Shown here: in pieces, positions 25,935 to 40,877 of the stretch
How positions within the stretch are numbered: position 1 is the first letter of the stretch
Layout: the number at the start of each line of letters is the position of its first letter
Assembly (NCBI RefSeq): GCF_006345805.1
Contig: NC_043013.1
Location: 46,190,001-46,254,000, forward strand
DNA length: 64,000 nt
From: Octopus sinensis
Lineage: Eukaryota
Direction of reading: 5' to 3'
Program-made: the position numbers and the translations under genes
The notes under the pieces: generated by a model
What the model was told of the DNA's origin: nothing
Database searches by the model: none
Seen by the model: only the letters and a program-made list of their open reading frames with translations

Positions 25935-27078
25935 CTTCGTTCCAGCACACGATCTCAGATCAAGTCACTTGCTATGCAAGTACATCTCCAATGATTTATA
26001 ATTATTTCCAGAAACTGTGGAATATACTGATTTGTCAAGTTGGTAATATTTGAATTCAAGCCTTCATTGAAAGCAACCTTCATTCAATTATATTTTTATG
26101 GAAAGCAGGAATAATACAGCAAGTATTCTAACTTTTAAAATATGCAGCCTTTCTGCTTATATTTTATCAAAAAGACACAACAACAACAACATCAACAGAC
26201 AGTTGTCTTGAGAGAATTCAAAGTGATAGAGTTATTAAGAGAAATCACATTTTGTTCATAATTATGAGATGGACATTTATGTTGGTCACGGCTGGTGTAA
26301 TAAGATTGTTTCCAAAACAAGATCCAATATGATATTTAATAAAACCTTTTAAAAAGAGGACAAAGAGAGATGGCAAAGAGATGGTCAATGTAATGATTCC
26401 TAGAGCACAGAGAACTTCTAAGGAGCAATGTTTAGTTTCAGTCTCATGGAATTCCAAGGGGTACTCCACAGCACCACAGTGTATTTGGGAGATGTAGTTA
26501 AGAGCTACATAAAAATTAATAAAACTATAATTTAAAAATAAAATGTAATTAATACAAATGAGAATTCTAACCATACAGTCTTGATAACGTTGTTTCATTT
26601 ATTTGGTAAAGAAATAATAATGAAATTAATAATTTTCTATGTATATAGACTTAAGTTTTAATTATTTAGGCGAAAATATATAAATACCTTTCAGAAAAGA
26701 CATTTTGACCTTTATGACGAGAATACACTAAAACATATTTTATATGCTTGAAAAAATTACTACAAGTAAAAAATAAAAACATAAACAAGACAAAACAAAA
26801 CAAAAACAACAACAAACAAACCAAAAGCTCACAGTTTCAGAACTTGTATTAAACAGATGAGAGTAAATCTCTTCTAGGATAGGATACAGATCTCTTGAGC
26901 AATATCTCCCTTGAGCAATATTTCTACGTGATCTGTTACTTATTCTTAGCAGTGAGGTGATAAGAGATGTACGTAGCCCCAGAAAAAACACTTAACAAAC
27001 TACCTTTAGGATTGAATTCAAAATTAATTAACAGGTGATCCAATATTATATCCATTAGGCCAATCATTTCTACATTAA

Positions 27079-27297
27079 CCCTTTTGTTACCAACCTGGCT
27101 GAAACCGGCTCTGGTTTTGAGTACAAATGTCTTGTTTTCATAAGTTTTGAATTAAAATCTCCACCAAACCATAGTCACAATTCATGTTCCTAACACTAGC
27201 TGAATGATAACTAAGTTATTTTACTAAATTCTTTGATACATTTAAAGTAATTGAAAGAAATTCACAGCATCTCAAAATAAATACAGTAATGAAAGGG
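27079..27297. mobile_element. piggyBac-like MITE family 1
   Basis: TTAA flanks; same body as 2903-3124. Confidence 0.85.
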
Positions 27298-27387
27298 TTA
27301 AAGAGGTACCATAACAAAAATATCTTCAAGAAACCCCACAAAGGGGGACTAATGATAACAAGCAATTAGCTCTGGTTTTATGGTTAA

Positions 27388-27710
27388 TGTCTGGCCCCGT
27401 GTCGGTGGCACGTAAAAGCACCATCCGTTCGTGTCCGTTGCCAGCATCGCCTGGCCCCGTGCCGGTGACACGTAAAAGCACCATCCGTTCGTGGCCGTTC
27501 GCCAGCTCTGTCTGGCACCTGTGCAGGTGGCACGTAAAAAACACCCACTACACTCGCGGAGTGGTTGGCGTTAGGAAGGGCATCCAGCCGTAGAAACACT
27601 GCCAGATCTGACTGGGCCTGACGAAGCCTTCCAGCTTCACAGACCCCAGTTGACCCGTCCAACCCATGCTAGCATGGAAAGCGGACGCTAAACGATGATG
27701 ATGATGATGA
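27388..27710 (+). mobile_element. SINE family D with internal repeats of about 60 bp
   Basis: ggcacgtaaaagcacc units repeated; (GAT)n tail. Confidence 0.85.
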
Positions 27711-27879
27711 ATGACAAAGTAAGTATCAGCTTAATTGCTCCATTCAATTAATTTTATACAAATTTGCTTCATAGTAATTGGTGAATAAATTGAAACTGTA
27801 GAATCCTATTTATGTTTATGTATTGTAGTCAAGAAGGAAATAAAGAAAATAGAACAGAAAATTCTAAATCTTTTGTCTT

Positions 27880-28222
27880 TTGTTTGTTTCAGTCATTAGA
27901 CTGTGGTCATGCTGGAGCACGGCTTGAAACATTTTAGTCAAATAACTTGACCCCAGTGTGTATTTTTTTTTAAGCCTGGTACTTATTCTATCGGTCTCTT
28001 CTGCTGAACCACTAAGTTATGGAATGTAAACAAACCAACACCAGTTGCCAAGTGGTGGTGGGTGACAAACACACACACACACAACAGGCTTCTTTGAGTT
28101 TTTCTACCAAATCCAGGTTTTGGTCATCCTGAGACTAGAGTAGAAGACACTTGCCCCAAGATGCCATGCAATGGGACTGAACCTGGAATCATGTGGTTGG
28201 GAAGCAAACTTCCTACCACTCA
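27880..28222 (-). mobile_element. SINE family A, diverged
   Basis: Collinear with family A. Confidence 0.7.
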
Positions 28223-29220
28223 ACCTGAATGGAAAAAATTATTTTCCTTACACTTTTAGATACAGATAAGAAATATGTCTTGTAAAATTACCAGAAAGAG
28301 AACTGTTAGTTAACCCAAACAACCCAGTGAAGAGAAACGAGGAAGAATTAAGTGCTGTATCCAAAGACACAATGAAACATCTGGAAGAGGTTTCAACTTG
28401 ATTCTTTTATGTCTAACACTAAAACAAAACATGACAAGAAGAGTCAGTTCTCTGCAGTTTCTTGTTCTAGCAGTAGACATGGGATCTAAATTATGACAAT
28501 TGGTATTATATTATCTGCTATCAATAGACTCAGCTATAAGAGGAAACATCTTTAATATGAGTCTCATAACAAAAATCAGGCTCTGTATCAGTAAAATGTT
28601 GATGTTTCTAACTAAAATGGTGTAATATTGTTTACTATAGTTGGAGCATAAGACTTTGGAGGATAACTTTTGCTTTAATTTAATTTAATTTCTGTGACAG
28701 AGAAGTTTGCACCAAAATCTAGTTATACAAAAGGGAGAATTTTTTAATGAGAATTGCCAAATTAGATGAACCAGTATATATTTTCTTGAATGGATTGAAT
28801 GTTTTTAAGTAAGAATTATAAGCTATAAGGGTTGAAAACTGATGTAAATGCTTCTAAAATTGAAATTTGGGAAGCCAGAAAAATGAAGCGGTAAGAATGA
28901 AGAAGAGTATAACTTGAAAGAAGAAACGGATAAAGAAATTCTTAAAACAGTCTCAATAAAATATGATAAAGTCAGATTTATAAAACAAACATCTTTATTT
29001 ACATTTGTTACAGTATTATTGGTATACAATAACCCAAATGAGATTCCATACTCAATACAAAACTTGGGTTGGGAACTTGACAAGAATAAAATGTTTTTTT
29101 CACTGTATAAAAGTTTACGAAGAGAATGAAAAATGTTTACATAGACACATTAAGTATTACTGTTCATAGATTTATGTTAATTCTTTTTAAAGCTTCCCTC
29201 GCAAATAAAATGTATGATTA

Positions 29221-30101
29221 TACTGTGTAACACGATTTTTGTCCTTCGGTACCAACTGTTATTTCCTATTTGCTTACCCCAAGAAAGTATGAAAAACCGG
29301 TTAATATTTCCTTCAAACTTTGCTTTCCTTACATTTATTCAAACCCCAAAGAATCCTTCACAACACATGCCTACGATGCTCTCCACCACTCCTGCTCATG
29401 ATCAGAGATGCACATATTGTCAGCTACTAAGGGATATGCTCAAGTGGTTAAAGTCATGCAACTGACAAGCAAATCTGTTGAATCTCTCTCTCTATATATA
29501 TATATGATGCTGAAGTTGTCTGTGTATGGCAAGTTTGGTAGCCTTCAACTAACACTATCTCCTCTGAGACCCTGCGGCGCAAGTTGACCAAAATTGAGAT
29601 TATGATAGAAGGCTTGCTCTTCCTTCCGTAGAAGAAAAAAATTAAATCGGACCATGTTAACACCAAAAATTATTTACATCAAAAAGGTGCTTTTTTTCTA
29701 TGAAAATCCCTGTTTTTTTACAATTTTCTGACTGCTGTGTCACCATTTTTCGGTGTATTTCCACAAGAAAAATGTTCACTTAAAGAGAATAACAAGCTAC
29801 ATAATACAAAAGTTTTACTTTTCAAAAATTCCAACTTTAAGGGGTCGAAACAAACCCGAGCAACGCTGGGCAATACTGCTAGTATTTGCTATAGCAATAT
29901 TTCTGTATCAGCACCTTGGTGCTGAATCTGTCTTAAACTAATGGAAAAATTGGGCAGTTTCAAAACATTGATGTCCAGATCACAAAAGCAAAGTTTGAAG
30001 GGAATAGTAGTCACTTTCTTTGATTTCTAGACAGAAGCAAATAGGAAATAACACTCACTGACCAAAGACAAAAAATAAAATTAAAAAATTGTTACACAGT
30101 G
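29221..30101. mobile_element. TIR element hosting a complete non-autonomous Helitron
   Basis: Termini ctgtgtaaca / tgttacacag; collinear with 12109-12804. Confidence 0.75.
29483..29882 (+). mobile_element. Non-autonomous Helitron
   Basis: 5' TC, 3' CTAG, inserted between A and T, no TSD; subterminal hairpin cccgagc-aac-gctggg. Confidence 0.75.
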
Positions 30102-31339
30102 TTATGAAAAGTATATATAATATATATAAATTATGGAATAATTTATGATATATATCAATTATGGAATGCCATAATTTTAAATCAAAATGCTTATAATCTG
30201 TGTAATTTGCAGTCTTTCAATCAGTCCATGGCTGGTGCTGTATTTCATATTGGTGTACAAGCTGTTAAAACACAGTATCTTGCTGGCTGTGATGTTGGTT
30301 AGAACAATACCAAAGACCAGCACGGGCCCCACCACTAGTAGTCAAAGAGGCCGCAATGAAAACATGTCGATCCAACGAGAACGGGCAATCAGTTGGCTGG
30401 GAAGATTGCTCAGGAAACCCTCCCTCTTAAAATGCCCTGGAATATGCCAGAAAAAGCAAATTTCTAAATCCTGACTGTTAAGTCATGTCATAAGCAACTT
30501 CAGCAAAGTCAAACAAATGTAACAAGATATACTAGTTCGATAAGATATCATTAAGGTGGAGGTAAATGAGAGGATGAAACAGTTGACTTTATAATAGACG
30601 GTGAAGCCTGTAGGCAAGACCACTTTATTTCACCATCAAAACGATAATTTATTTAGGAACCTAATGTGATAACAGGTTTCTCAATGCTAGTTAATGCAAT
30701 GGAGCTATGTTAGGTTCAAATGTTATTGAAGGCAATGGATAATGAATGCAGCAGAAGATAGTTACAGTGATTAGTTTACAGAGAAACTTTTAAGACAGCT
30801 GAAAGTTTGTGATCACAGAAAGCTACTGATATGGTTAATTTAGTTATATACAAGAACGAACAGAGAACATTGCAGAAGCTAATGTTCCAAACGACATCAC
30901 ATTTAATGGAAAAACTTTGAAGATACCTGATTCACTTGTCATTCGTTATAGTAATGAACGCAACTATAAGGGGTGTTCCTGCAAGAACAACAGTTACCTG
31001 CAGTTGTTACCTATTTATAGCAGCAGATTGTCGAGAAGAAAACCAACTGGAGAAGTGTATGAAAGATAAAAGATAACGGTTATCAAGACCAGATCCTAAG
31101 TGAAGTTGCATAAAGACAAGCAACATTTATAAAGATGGGTGTATGATAAAGACAGATGTTCCGTTAGCAACTAAAATCTAGCTAGCTGACTTAAACTGTT
31201 GATCACACAAATGATTATGTGAAGGAACTACAACATGTAATAATAATATAAGAGAAAATGGAGATACAGCTAGACAGAAAGGAAGGTCATTTTATAAGCA
31301 TTTACCATATTCAAGTTTTTTTTTTTGTTGGTAATTATA

Positions 31340-31556
31340 TATTTCTTTATTGCCCACAAGGGGCTAAACATAGAGAGGACAAACAAGGACAGACAAACGG
31401 ATTAAGTCGATTATATCGACCCCAGTGCGGAACTGGTACTTTTATTTATCGACCCAGAAAGGATGAAAGGCAAAGTCAACCTCGGCGGAATTTGAACTCA
31501 GGATGTAACGACAGACGAAATACCGCTGAGCATTTCGCCCGGCACGCTAACGATTC
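31340..31556 (-). mobile_element. SINE family B monomer
   Basis: Reverse complement of 38211-38445. Confidence 0.85.
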
Positions 31557-34500
31557 TAAGGCCCAGCATGATAGAGAACACAAGAGTTCCTTTGTAAAAA
31601 TATCTAGTGCCAATCCTCTTTGCTTCCTTACATTTTCAAGATAAACAATTCAGTAGAAGATATATAATGCATATATTTTCTAGAAAAAAAAAGGATAAAG
31701 TACATATTTTCAAGAAACAGAATGGAACTTTCTCCTTTCACTCACATTTGACATGAAGCAAATGTAAAGAGTAAAAGTGTAACCCGTGAAGTATGTTGGC
31801 TACAACTGGTGGAGTGAATGGGAAACATCCATTTTGTCATTGTTACGTGACAATGACACTCAAGTGTTACAAACACCGGGTAACATGGATTATATATACA
31901 TCATTATAACTACGGCATAAAAATACTTCAGTTTAATCCCTGCCATTCTACTACATATATGAATATTTCTCAATTTGTTTCTATAACAGTTTCCATTCTC
32001 TGTCTTTGCGTTATGACAGAATCAAAAGCCAAATCGAAGAAAAAATATAAAAATGGAACACAAAACTTCTCAATAATATTAACGAAAGTAAGTTAATATC
32101 GCAAGTAAGCATATCAATAAATAAAGGGTTAGTGAAAAAGAACAAGAAAATAATAGGGAAATGTTTAATAGTAAGGTTAGAAAAAAAATCTGCAGAGTTG
32201 ATTTCTATCTGCGACTTTTTTTATTTAAATTTTTGAGGAAAAAAATCCATTTCTAAGTAAACGACTCTAAGACAAACTGAAACCTTTTGAGTGAAAGGAA
32301 TCCCTACAAGAGTTTTCTCAAATATATCTGCAGCTAAATGATTAACTGTAATCAATCTTTTCTTAATCATCAACACAGACTGGCAGCAGCCAATTAATAC
32401 TTGGGAAAAAGAAATCTGACAGTTTAAAAAAAAAAATTTTTTTTTAGATGATTTTCACCATTTTTTTATTTTTTATTATTCAACTGATAATTCTTGTAGT
32501 CATATAGCAAAATGACCCAAGCTTGTTAAATATTTCTGGCATGATGCACAGACAGAGTTATGTCAAATCTTCCCCTTCATTGTTTTTTTTAGACAATAAA
32601 AATTTTCTTATTCATAAAATTTACTGCAATTTCTCTATCTGAAAGCTATGATAAAAGAGAGATGTTTTAAAATGTCAGTTTTATTTCTCATTGTAAAAAA
32701 ATGCTTATCTTCAACCTATTTTTTTAATATTTGATATCAACTGTCTTCAAACTAGAACAATTATGTTCATCCTAAGATAAATGGCTTCAGGATATTAATT
32801 TTTTGAATAAATTAAAACTGAAAACAGTAAGCTTTATTCCAGCACCCACTTTAAGCACTATGCTTATGTATATCACACATTTACTTCTTCACAAACTCTC
32901 TCTGCTATTAAATAGCATAAGAGCTGTTCGTTCTACGATTCTATTTCAGAATTCATTTCACAAATTAACCCACTAACTTACAATGTATGTAACCCACTGT
33001 TCCTTAGGTATCTCAGACGAGAAGCAATCCATTCCTTTGAGCAATGTGATTCTAGTATAATTCTAAATGCATTTGTTACAATCGACTAAAAGAACTGACA
33101 TAATTCTCAGTTTGAAAGTAAATATTAAGTCCCAATATTTGAAGTGAAAGAGTGAAATTTATTTTGGCTCTCCATGCTGCCAGAGATAGAAATATAAAGG
33201 TTCTAAATAAGATTAAAAGAATCAATTCTTTTAAGTAAACAATATTTAAATATCAAAAATGTGTAGCTAAAAATATCTATGCACCCATAAAAGTATCATT
33301 AGATACATTTTTCATATATGTATGCATACATACTACACACACATACATACACGCACACGCACACACACACACACACCACACACACACACACATATGTATG
33401 TGTAAACAGGCACACATTAAATCATAATTTTTTTTTCATTGTTCTACAAATTTATTTTCAGATAAATTAATAATATCCTCGAAGAAAGCTATTAAAAAGT
33501 TTACTCAATTCTTTTGTCATGATAATCAATATCTCCAAAGGCAAGTTTTCATATATGTAAAGGATTATTTTAGAAATAATCAATGATTTGCAATGAGTTA
33601 GACATGAAAAAAGTTAATCTAATTTGAAATGTGTAACAAAAATAAAGTCTCTAGATGAAAAAGTCTCATCTTTGAAATACTTGGGGAATATAAAATAATC
33701 AAGCAAGACAAATATGTCAAGGATGATTTTTAATTCTTTACATTTAGTGAGGAATATCAATATGTTAAGAAGTATTGTTGTGTGTAATCTGTATTTTGGT
33801 AATATAGTGTAAGGTAGAGTTAGAATTAGATGGAAATTAGTGAGAAACAAGTTAGGTTGCCGAAAAGCGAAAGGGTGGATTTCATATGTCAATGATGTGA
33901 AGAAGTTAATCAATCAGACAAGATGAAAGTAGTATGTTGGCTTTATACAGAGTGAGAGGAAGAGAGAAAGAGAGAGAAATCGTACACCAAACAGAATTAA
34001 TGAACAGAAATGAATCTCAGACAAAGGCTAATATACAAAGAAATGAAGAGAACAAGATATATGTATTCAAGAATGAGTGCTTTACATTTTTTTTTTCCCA
34101 CATCAAGGAAACGGGGATGAAATCACAGACACGTAGCACTGACCTCTTGCCAAAATGAGACAAAGTGAAGGAAGAAACTGAAATCATCTGAGTGTTACAT
34201 AGAGATCACGACAGCCCTGTGATTAAATTTGTGAATTCTAATTAAAGCGTTTAGCCTTTTGTCAGCCGTTAACTGGACCAGAAATTTTGAGAAGTTTATT
34301 GGAATTGATAATGAGAAGCTGGCAAGTATTAGTAGCTAAGTGGGTAGAGGATCCAGATCGTGTGTAGAGAACTATCAGAAAATATCGCACCATTGGAATG
34401 TGCCCTAAGACGGACATTAAAACATTGGTGCAACTTACCTGTGGGTAGGGTAGGGGAATAAAATTTGAAGAGACAGTAATAGACAGGTAGACAGATAAAT

Positions 34501-35589
34501 GGATGGATGGGTGGGTGGCTTTGGAGAAAGAGAGAAGAGGATTTGGTGAGTGAAATGTGAAGTGACTAAAGACTAATAGTATGATAGTGTTACTCTTAAT
34601 TGACAAATAAACGATTCGGGGCATAATCAAACAAACTTAGAATCATCATTATCAGTTTTAACAGTTACAAAGATGGACAGCGATAACAAAGAGATTACTA
34701 AGTAGTGACAAAGTTTCTTAGCTTTGAACCAGGCAATCGTTTCATTGATCAGTGATGACAATCTGTAACTGTTAACTGTAGCGTTAACTGGCTAACATAT
34801 TCAATACAGACAAGTTGAAGGTTAAAAGCTTAACGAGGAAGTACACCACATGTAAGAGATTTCTCAATGAAGACTATTGTAGAACAACAACAGAACAACA
34901 GCTAACAACGGCTACAACAACCACAACAGGTGACAACACTGAAGACAGACTTAACTTAGATATTCACCATAACTAAACGACAGATTAATGCTAATTAATA
35001 TCAATTATAACTTGAACTAAGGAGAAGAAAGAAACTCAATTCTCTCATTTTGATTTTGGAAAATGGATTTCTAGAATTTATGGAGACATTACTGAAATAT
35101 AAATCCGTAACGTGATCCAATATAGTTCTGCCTTTCGTTAAGACAGCAGAGTGTGATTAGAGAGGGATTTTGGTAACTATTTCTACCAAGTCAAAAAAAT
35201 GCTTAGAAGTTTCCTCATTGGCTCAAGGCACTTGGGTTTAAAATTAATGTACTGAAAAAGTAGTGGGCTATTACAGTTCTGTTATAGGGTTATTACTAGA
35301 TTATTAGAGGGTCATCATGGAGAGATCACTGGACTATTACTGGGATATTACTAATGGCCTGTTTCCCCAAAATGGACATATACCCAAACATTATTATTGC
35401 GTAAGTGTATGTATATAATATTTGAAACGATGCAGGAAAAATATGAAATGATACGAAAGAGAATCATAAATACAGATTCTCTATTATGTGTCATTTGTGT
35501 CTGTAAAATGGTTCAAAAAGTGTTTTATGTTTAACCCTCAGACAAACTCCAACCTGATTTCATTCTACGATAATTATATATATACATAT

Positions 35590-35693
35590 ATGAGATATGA
35601 ATATGTACGTGTATATGTCTGTATGTGTGTGTCTGTTTGTGTGTGTGTGTGTATATATATATATATGTATATATGTACATATATATACATATA

Positions 35694-35724
<31 letters not shown>

Positions 35725-35801
35725 GAGATATGAATATGTACATGTATATGTCTGTATGTGTGTGTCTATTTGTATGTGTGTGTGTGTATATATATATATA
35801 C

Positions 35802-35851
<50 letters not shown>

Positions 35852-35965
35852 ATACATATATATATGAGATATGAGATATGAATATGTACATGTATATATA
35901 TCTGTATGTGTGTGTCTATGTGTGTGTATGTGTGTGTATATATATATATATATGTATATATATAT
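35590..35965. repeat. Three-unit higher-order repeat of compound microsatellites
   Basis: Units start atgagatatgaatatgtac at about 35590, 35723 and 35871. Confidence 0.85.
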
Positions 35966-36752
35966 GTTGTGGAGAAGATTTAGATCTTCAAAATGGAGAG
36001 ATATTCTTGCATTTATTTCAAAGTTAAATTGTAGGATTCAATTTAACACAAAACACCGTTTATATTTGGAAAAAAAATGAACAAATACAAAACACTTAGC
36101 ACAAAACTAGCCATATGCCATTGCATTAAAAGAGAGTATTTCATGCGTTGAATAGTGAAGATTTAAAAATATAATGAGTGTAACCTGTTGCAGTTGATGG
36201 ACGGACTTTCGACTGCCCACAGCTGTTTGGAATTACTGCAAAGACAAAAATAAAACCCAAGAACGGATTTAGAATTCAAGTTTACACATTATAACTGTAA
36301 TGGGTTTTGGAGAATCCAGTCAAAAATATGTCCGTCCACTACTGCTGGCTGGCACCCAATCACATATTAATGGCTTGAGATGAAAGAAACTTAAAGTGAA
36401 AATATCTTGAATAAGGATAGAATTACAAATTTATATTTACAATGGAAAGAAAATAACCGCAGAAATCAACATTGATTGGAAGATTTTAGGCAAGAAGGGG
36501 GATAAAAAAAACAAAGAAAAATTAAGGCAGTAATCAAAAGATGGAAACTAAACGATAGATAAGTGGAGAGGAGACTTTATGAAAGTGTAAAATAAATGAT
36601 AGAAAGCCAGAAGGTATTTAAATATCTAAGCAATCATTCACACAGGCTTGCAGTAATAATAGTCAAGTGTCACAATGAGAAAATACGGTATAGTCACAGA
36701 GGTAAAATGGTGATCAGTTAAGGTGTAATCTTATTACTATTTTTTTTTTTTT

Positions 36753-36791
<39 letters not shown>

Positions 36792-37076
36792 TAATTATTA
36801 AATCTGAAAATAATTGGAAATTAAAACAGAAAATAATGAAATAAAAGTCAGGCAAGGTAATTTTGCATCTGTTGCCAGTGTAACAATATTAATTGTCAAA
36901 ATGAAAGTTGCGAGTAACGTTGAGTATGGAATGTGTCTGTTATACTGTAATACTGAATATATCTAAAGATTGTAATGAACCCTATACATTACAAAGAGAT
37001 GTAGACATCTTCCATTTAAATGAAATATCTTCATGGACAGCCCGACATGCCAATATCTTCACTAGCACATCCTTAA

Positions 37077-37550
37077 CCCTTTTGTTACCAAGCCGACTGG
37101 AACCACTTCTGGCTCTGTTGTACAAATGTCTTGTTTCCATAAATTTTGAATTAAAATCTTCCACCAAACCTTAGCCACAATTAATGTTCCTAACACTAGC
37201 TGAATGATAACTAAGTTATTTTACTAAATTCTTTGTTATATTTAAAATTAATTGAAAGAAACAGAGAATCTCAACAGAAATATGGTAACAAAAAAGGTTA
37301 AAATATATAATAGAGAAACAATTCTTAACCCTTTTGATACTAACCTGGCTGAAACCAGCTCTGGCTCTGTAGTATAAATGTCTTGTTTTCTTAAGTTGTA
37401 AATTAAAATCTTCCACCAAACCTTAGTCACAATTTATGTTCCTAACACTAGCTGAATGATAACTAAGTTATTTTACTAAATTCTTTGCTATATTTAAAAT
37501 TAACTGAAAGAAACACAGAGCATCTCAAAATAAATACGGTAACAAAAGGG
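37077..37550. mobile_element. Dimer of piggyBac-like MITE family 1
   Basis: Same structure and spacer as 22311-22759. Confidence 0.85.
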
Positions 37551-38210
37551 CTAACTGAGGTGAATGCCTTCAATCCTTTCTTATCCCAGCATATTTTACT
37601 GTCTGATCCAATATATATATATATATAACGAAAATGTAGCACAGCAGGACAAAAATGGAATTTATGTAAAAACAGAACACGAAGACACACACACTGATGG
37701 TGACAATCTCAACCCCTCATCGGTCACTAACCAAACACCATCACAGTATTAACACATGTTCAGTTTGCTAGTGTTAGCAACACAAGCCGCTGGTGTATAT
37801 GTTTGTACACATGACAAATAAAGAAGCACAGGAGAAAAAAAAAAAAGAGAGAGACATGTACAATAATAAGAAAAAGATGGGGTCTGAAGACTGAATGGTA
37901 AACACAACAAGTGACTAGGAAAAATGTCTATAACAAAAGATTCAAATAGGCAAAGACAGGAGCGATAACCAAAACAACAACAATATATATATATATACAT
38001 AGAAATATTTGTTTGTATAGATAGAATGTGTTTTGACTGAGCAACAAAAGGAAGACAGGTTGTGTCGAGTAACTCTGACAAGTCCCGTAATTCTGGCTCA
38101 AGAAGTTTTCAGCTCAACTTCCATAAATTTGACTGAGTTGCCAGTTCTTACAGTAATCAACAGCATCAGCCCTATGCCAATTGTTTACAGCTGGTTACAC
38201 TGAACGAGTT

Positions 38211-38445
38211 TAAGGCGGTGAGCTTGGCAGAAACGTTAGCACGCCGGGCGAAATGCTTAGCGGTATTTCGTCTGCTGCTACGTTCTGAGTACAAATTCCG
38301 CCGAGGTCGACTTTGCCTTTCATCCTTTCGGGGTCGATTAAATAAGTACCAGTTACGAACTGGGGTCGATATAATCGACTTAATCCGTTTGTCTGTCCTT
38401 GTTTGTCCTCTCTGTGTTTAGCCCCTTGTGGGTAGTAAATAAATA
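38211..38445 (+). mobile_element. SINE family B monomer (Meta-domain-like)
   Basis: tRNA-like head and GCCTTTCATCCTTTCGGGGTCGAT..AATAAGTACCAG core, which I recall as MetaSINE-like; the family name is unverified. Confidence 0.85.
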
Positions 38446-38920
38446 GGTTTGGCCAATCACAATCTGTTAACTTCCTCTCTGGTTTGGCTTCTTATATACT
38501 GATTTGACTATAAACACTCTCACTCATATATACATGTTACGGGGCCACATAGATCTTCATGGAACCATGGAAAATGCAAATGCTTTCAGTGGGACAAGCA
38601 CTTATAGTACACCAGGTCTCAGGCTTTACCACTACATATGTGTAAATGTATGTGAGTGAGTGGGTGTGGGTGTATGTGGGTGAGATTATCTACAACGAAT
38701 TCCATGTTAATGCACAGTGGTCCCAGTTGCTATTACTTGAAATATCGCGGAAATAGTGAGTAGAGACGGTGGAATGGTAAGGCAAATTAATGAAATGACT
38801 ACTTTACTTTCCCAACATTCAGACAAATCCCTTTGCAAACGAAAAAATAAATCCCATAAAAACAAACACAATCATGCCTACACAAACACACACACATATG
38901 CATTAATATGCACAAACATG

Positions 38921-39342
38921 GGATCTTTTCGGTTTCAACGGCAGCTTTTAACATAATTTCTAGGTAACTAAAAAATTTTAAACTTCGTATACTGGTAGAA
39001 TGTGTTTATAAAACATTTTTTTCTGTTGGCTTTATTGATAAAATTCTATAGTTTGTAAGATATTTGTCGTTGTTTTTCTTCAATTTCTGCAATTTCAACC
39101 AATCAGTGACGTCTATTGAGGTAAAAAAAAACATTCTGTGCCATATGAATATGTCCCTCGTTTAAGAAACAGATTGGGTTTATTTACATTTGTGAAGAAA
39201 AAAAAGATACTCTTCCCCCCAGCCCTAACCCTAACCTTAAAACAGATTGAAATGCAATAGATCGATACTAGGGTCATAATTATGGGTGACAATTTCATAT
39301 GACACCGCTAGAAAAAAACTGCCGTTCAGACCGAAAAGATCC
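38921..39342. mobile_element. Merlin-like MITE, copy 3
   Basis: GGATC...GATCC termini; perfect TSD caaacatg. Confidence 0.88.
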
Positions 39343-39836
39343 CAAACATGAATAATACACACTGCTGTGATCTTAAGAAGTATTGTGATGGTCGAGTGCT
39401 CTCCCTTACTTAAGATGGCTATCAAACTGCAGCATTATTTCTTGAATCAAGTCTTTGGTATATAGAACCCTTACTGTTATTTTTTACGGCGGCTTATTCA
39501 ATGAACCAAACATAGAAAGAGTTTTATGACCCAAAAAGACCCAATACAAATTTCCATTTCAAAATTCAAACACTAATTACATTGTTTTAAATATTTTCTA
39601 GTCAGCATCACTGATCCTGACAGACTACACAACTGTAAACTCCATGGATGTCTGATAAATTAGCAGGGTGTCCTAAATTGGTCAAAGGATATTTGGCATT
39701 AAAACTAGTGAGTGAGGTTCTTGCTAAACATTAACACATAATCTCTATAGAACAGCCAAATAAATCTTCGAATCAATTTCATCAAGTCTTAAACCCTTTA
39801 GCATTTAATCTGGACATATCCTGGCCAAATATTCTA

Positions 39837-40214
39837 TCATCATCATCATTGTTCGACCATGGTTGAGACAATGGAATTTACTATGCTACGCCAGACTTCA
39901 CGGTCCATCATAGCATTATGGAGGTCCTGTTGCTGGATGCCTGTATCCCTGGAGATTACACCAGAGTAGGAGAGTGTGCGCCCTCTGGTATTGCGAGTAG
40001 ATGGTGTCCAGAGGAGAAGAGGAGAAATTACCTCGTTTTTTGCTCTACAACAATGTCCAGCAAACTGGACTCTCCTACCTTTCACAAGAGATGACACAGG
40101 TGGTAGTTTCCCATATATTTGCACTTTGGTTGGATGACGCTTCCACGGGAGATTTTGAGCTCTCATAAGGAGGCGAGTGTAGGTTCCATCCAACAGCCTC
40201 TCAAGCTCCTTGAA
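39837..40214 (-). mobile_element. RTE-clade LINE, 5'-truncated 3' fragment inserted in a piggyBac-like MITE
   Basis: Open frame ...NLPWKRHPT...RRVQFAGHCCR...MMDREVWRSIV; (TGA)n tail; 11-bp TSD caaatattcta (39826-39836, 40215-40225). Confidence 0.88.
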
Positions 40215-40877
40215 CAAATATTCTAACTGTTCTATGCCTAAACTGGCCAGATTTGGCTTTTCACACCTATTCTACAATGCCATTCAAAAAATAAATGATC
40301 ACAATATTGAACAGTGAAACTGCAAGCCAATGCCTGATTAATTCAAAACACTGTGAATAAATAAGCATTTTACAGGACAGAATAATCCGAATGCTTAGGG
40401 ATTAAAGACTGTAACTTCAAGGCAATGCTGTCTGAATCCTATTAAAAACACAACAAAAAATAAACAAAAACTAAAGACATTGATAATGGATGCTTCTCTT
40501 TCTGTAATAATGCATGGAGGTGCATGGCTTAGTGGTTAGGGCATTGAACTTCTGATCATAAGATAATGGTTTCAACTCCTGGACAAGGCAATGCACTGTG
40601 TTCTTGAGCAAGACACTTCATTTCATGTTGCTCCAGTCCACTCAGCTGGCAAAAATGAATAATCCTGTGACAGACCCGTGTTCCATTCAAGGAGGAATAT
40701 ATATGCCAGGGAAATAGGAAACCAGCCCTGTGCTCCTTATGGAGTAACGTAGACTGACCAATATAAGCAATCTAAGGTTAATTAGAAATAAAATACTGGA
40801 CCAGAAACAACAGTACATGTTTGAACATCAGACTCAGCTCTAAAGAATTATAAGTTGGATACCCATGTAGAAATATT

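Noticed and set aside
30187-31250. GC-richer, coding-looking stretch
   Set aside because: Stops occur in all frames examined and there is no diagnostic motif; probably an old retroelement that I cannot assign. The same applies to about 2000-2900, 34200-34950 and 58437-58634.
38650-38690. GAGTGGGTG / GTGTGGGTG as EGR autoregulatory sites
   Set aside because: Not the canonical GCG(T/G)GGGCG, and embedded in a degenerate (TG)n tract.
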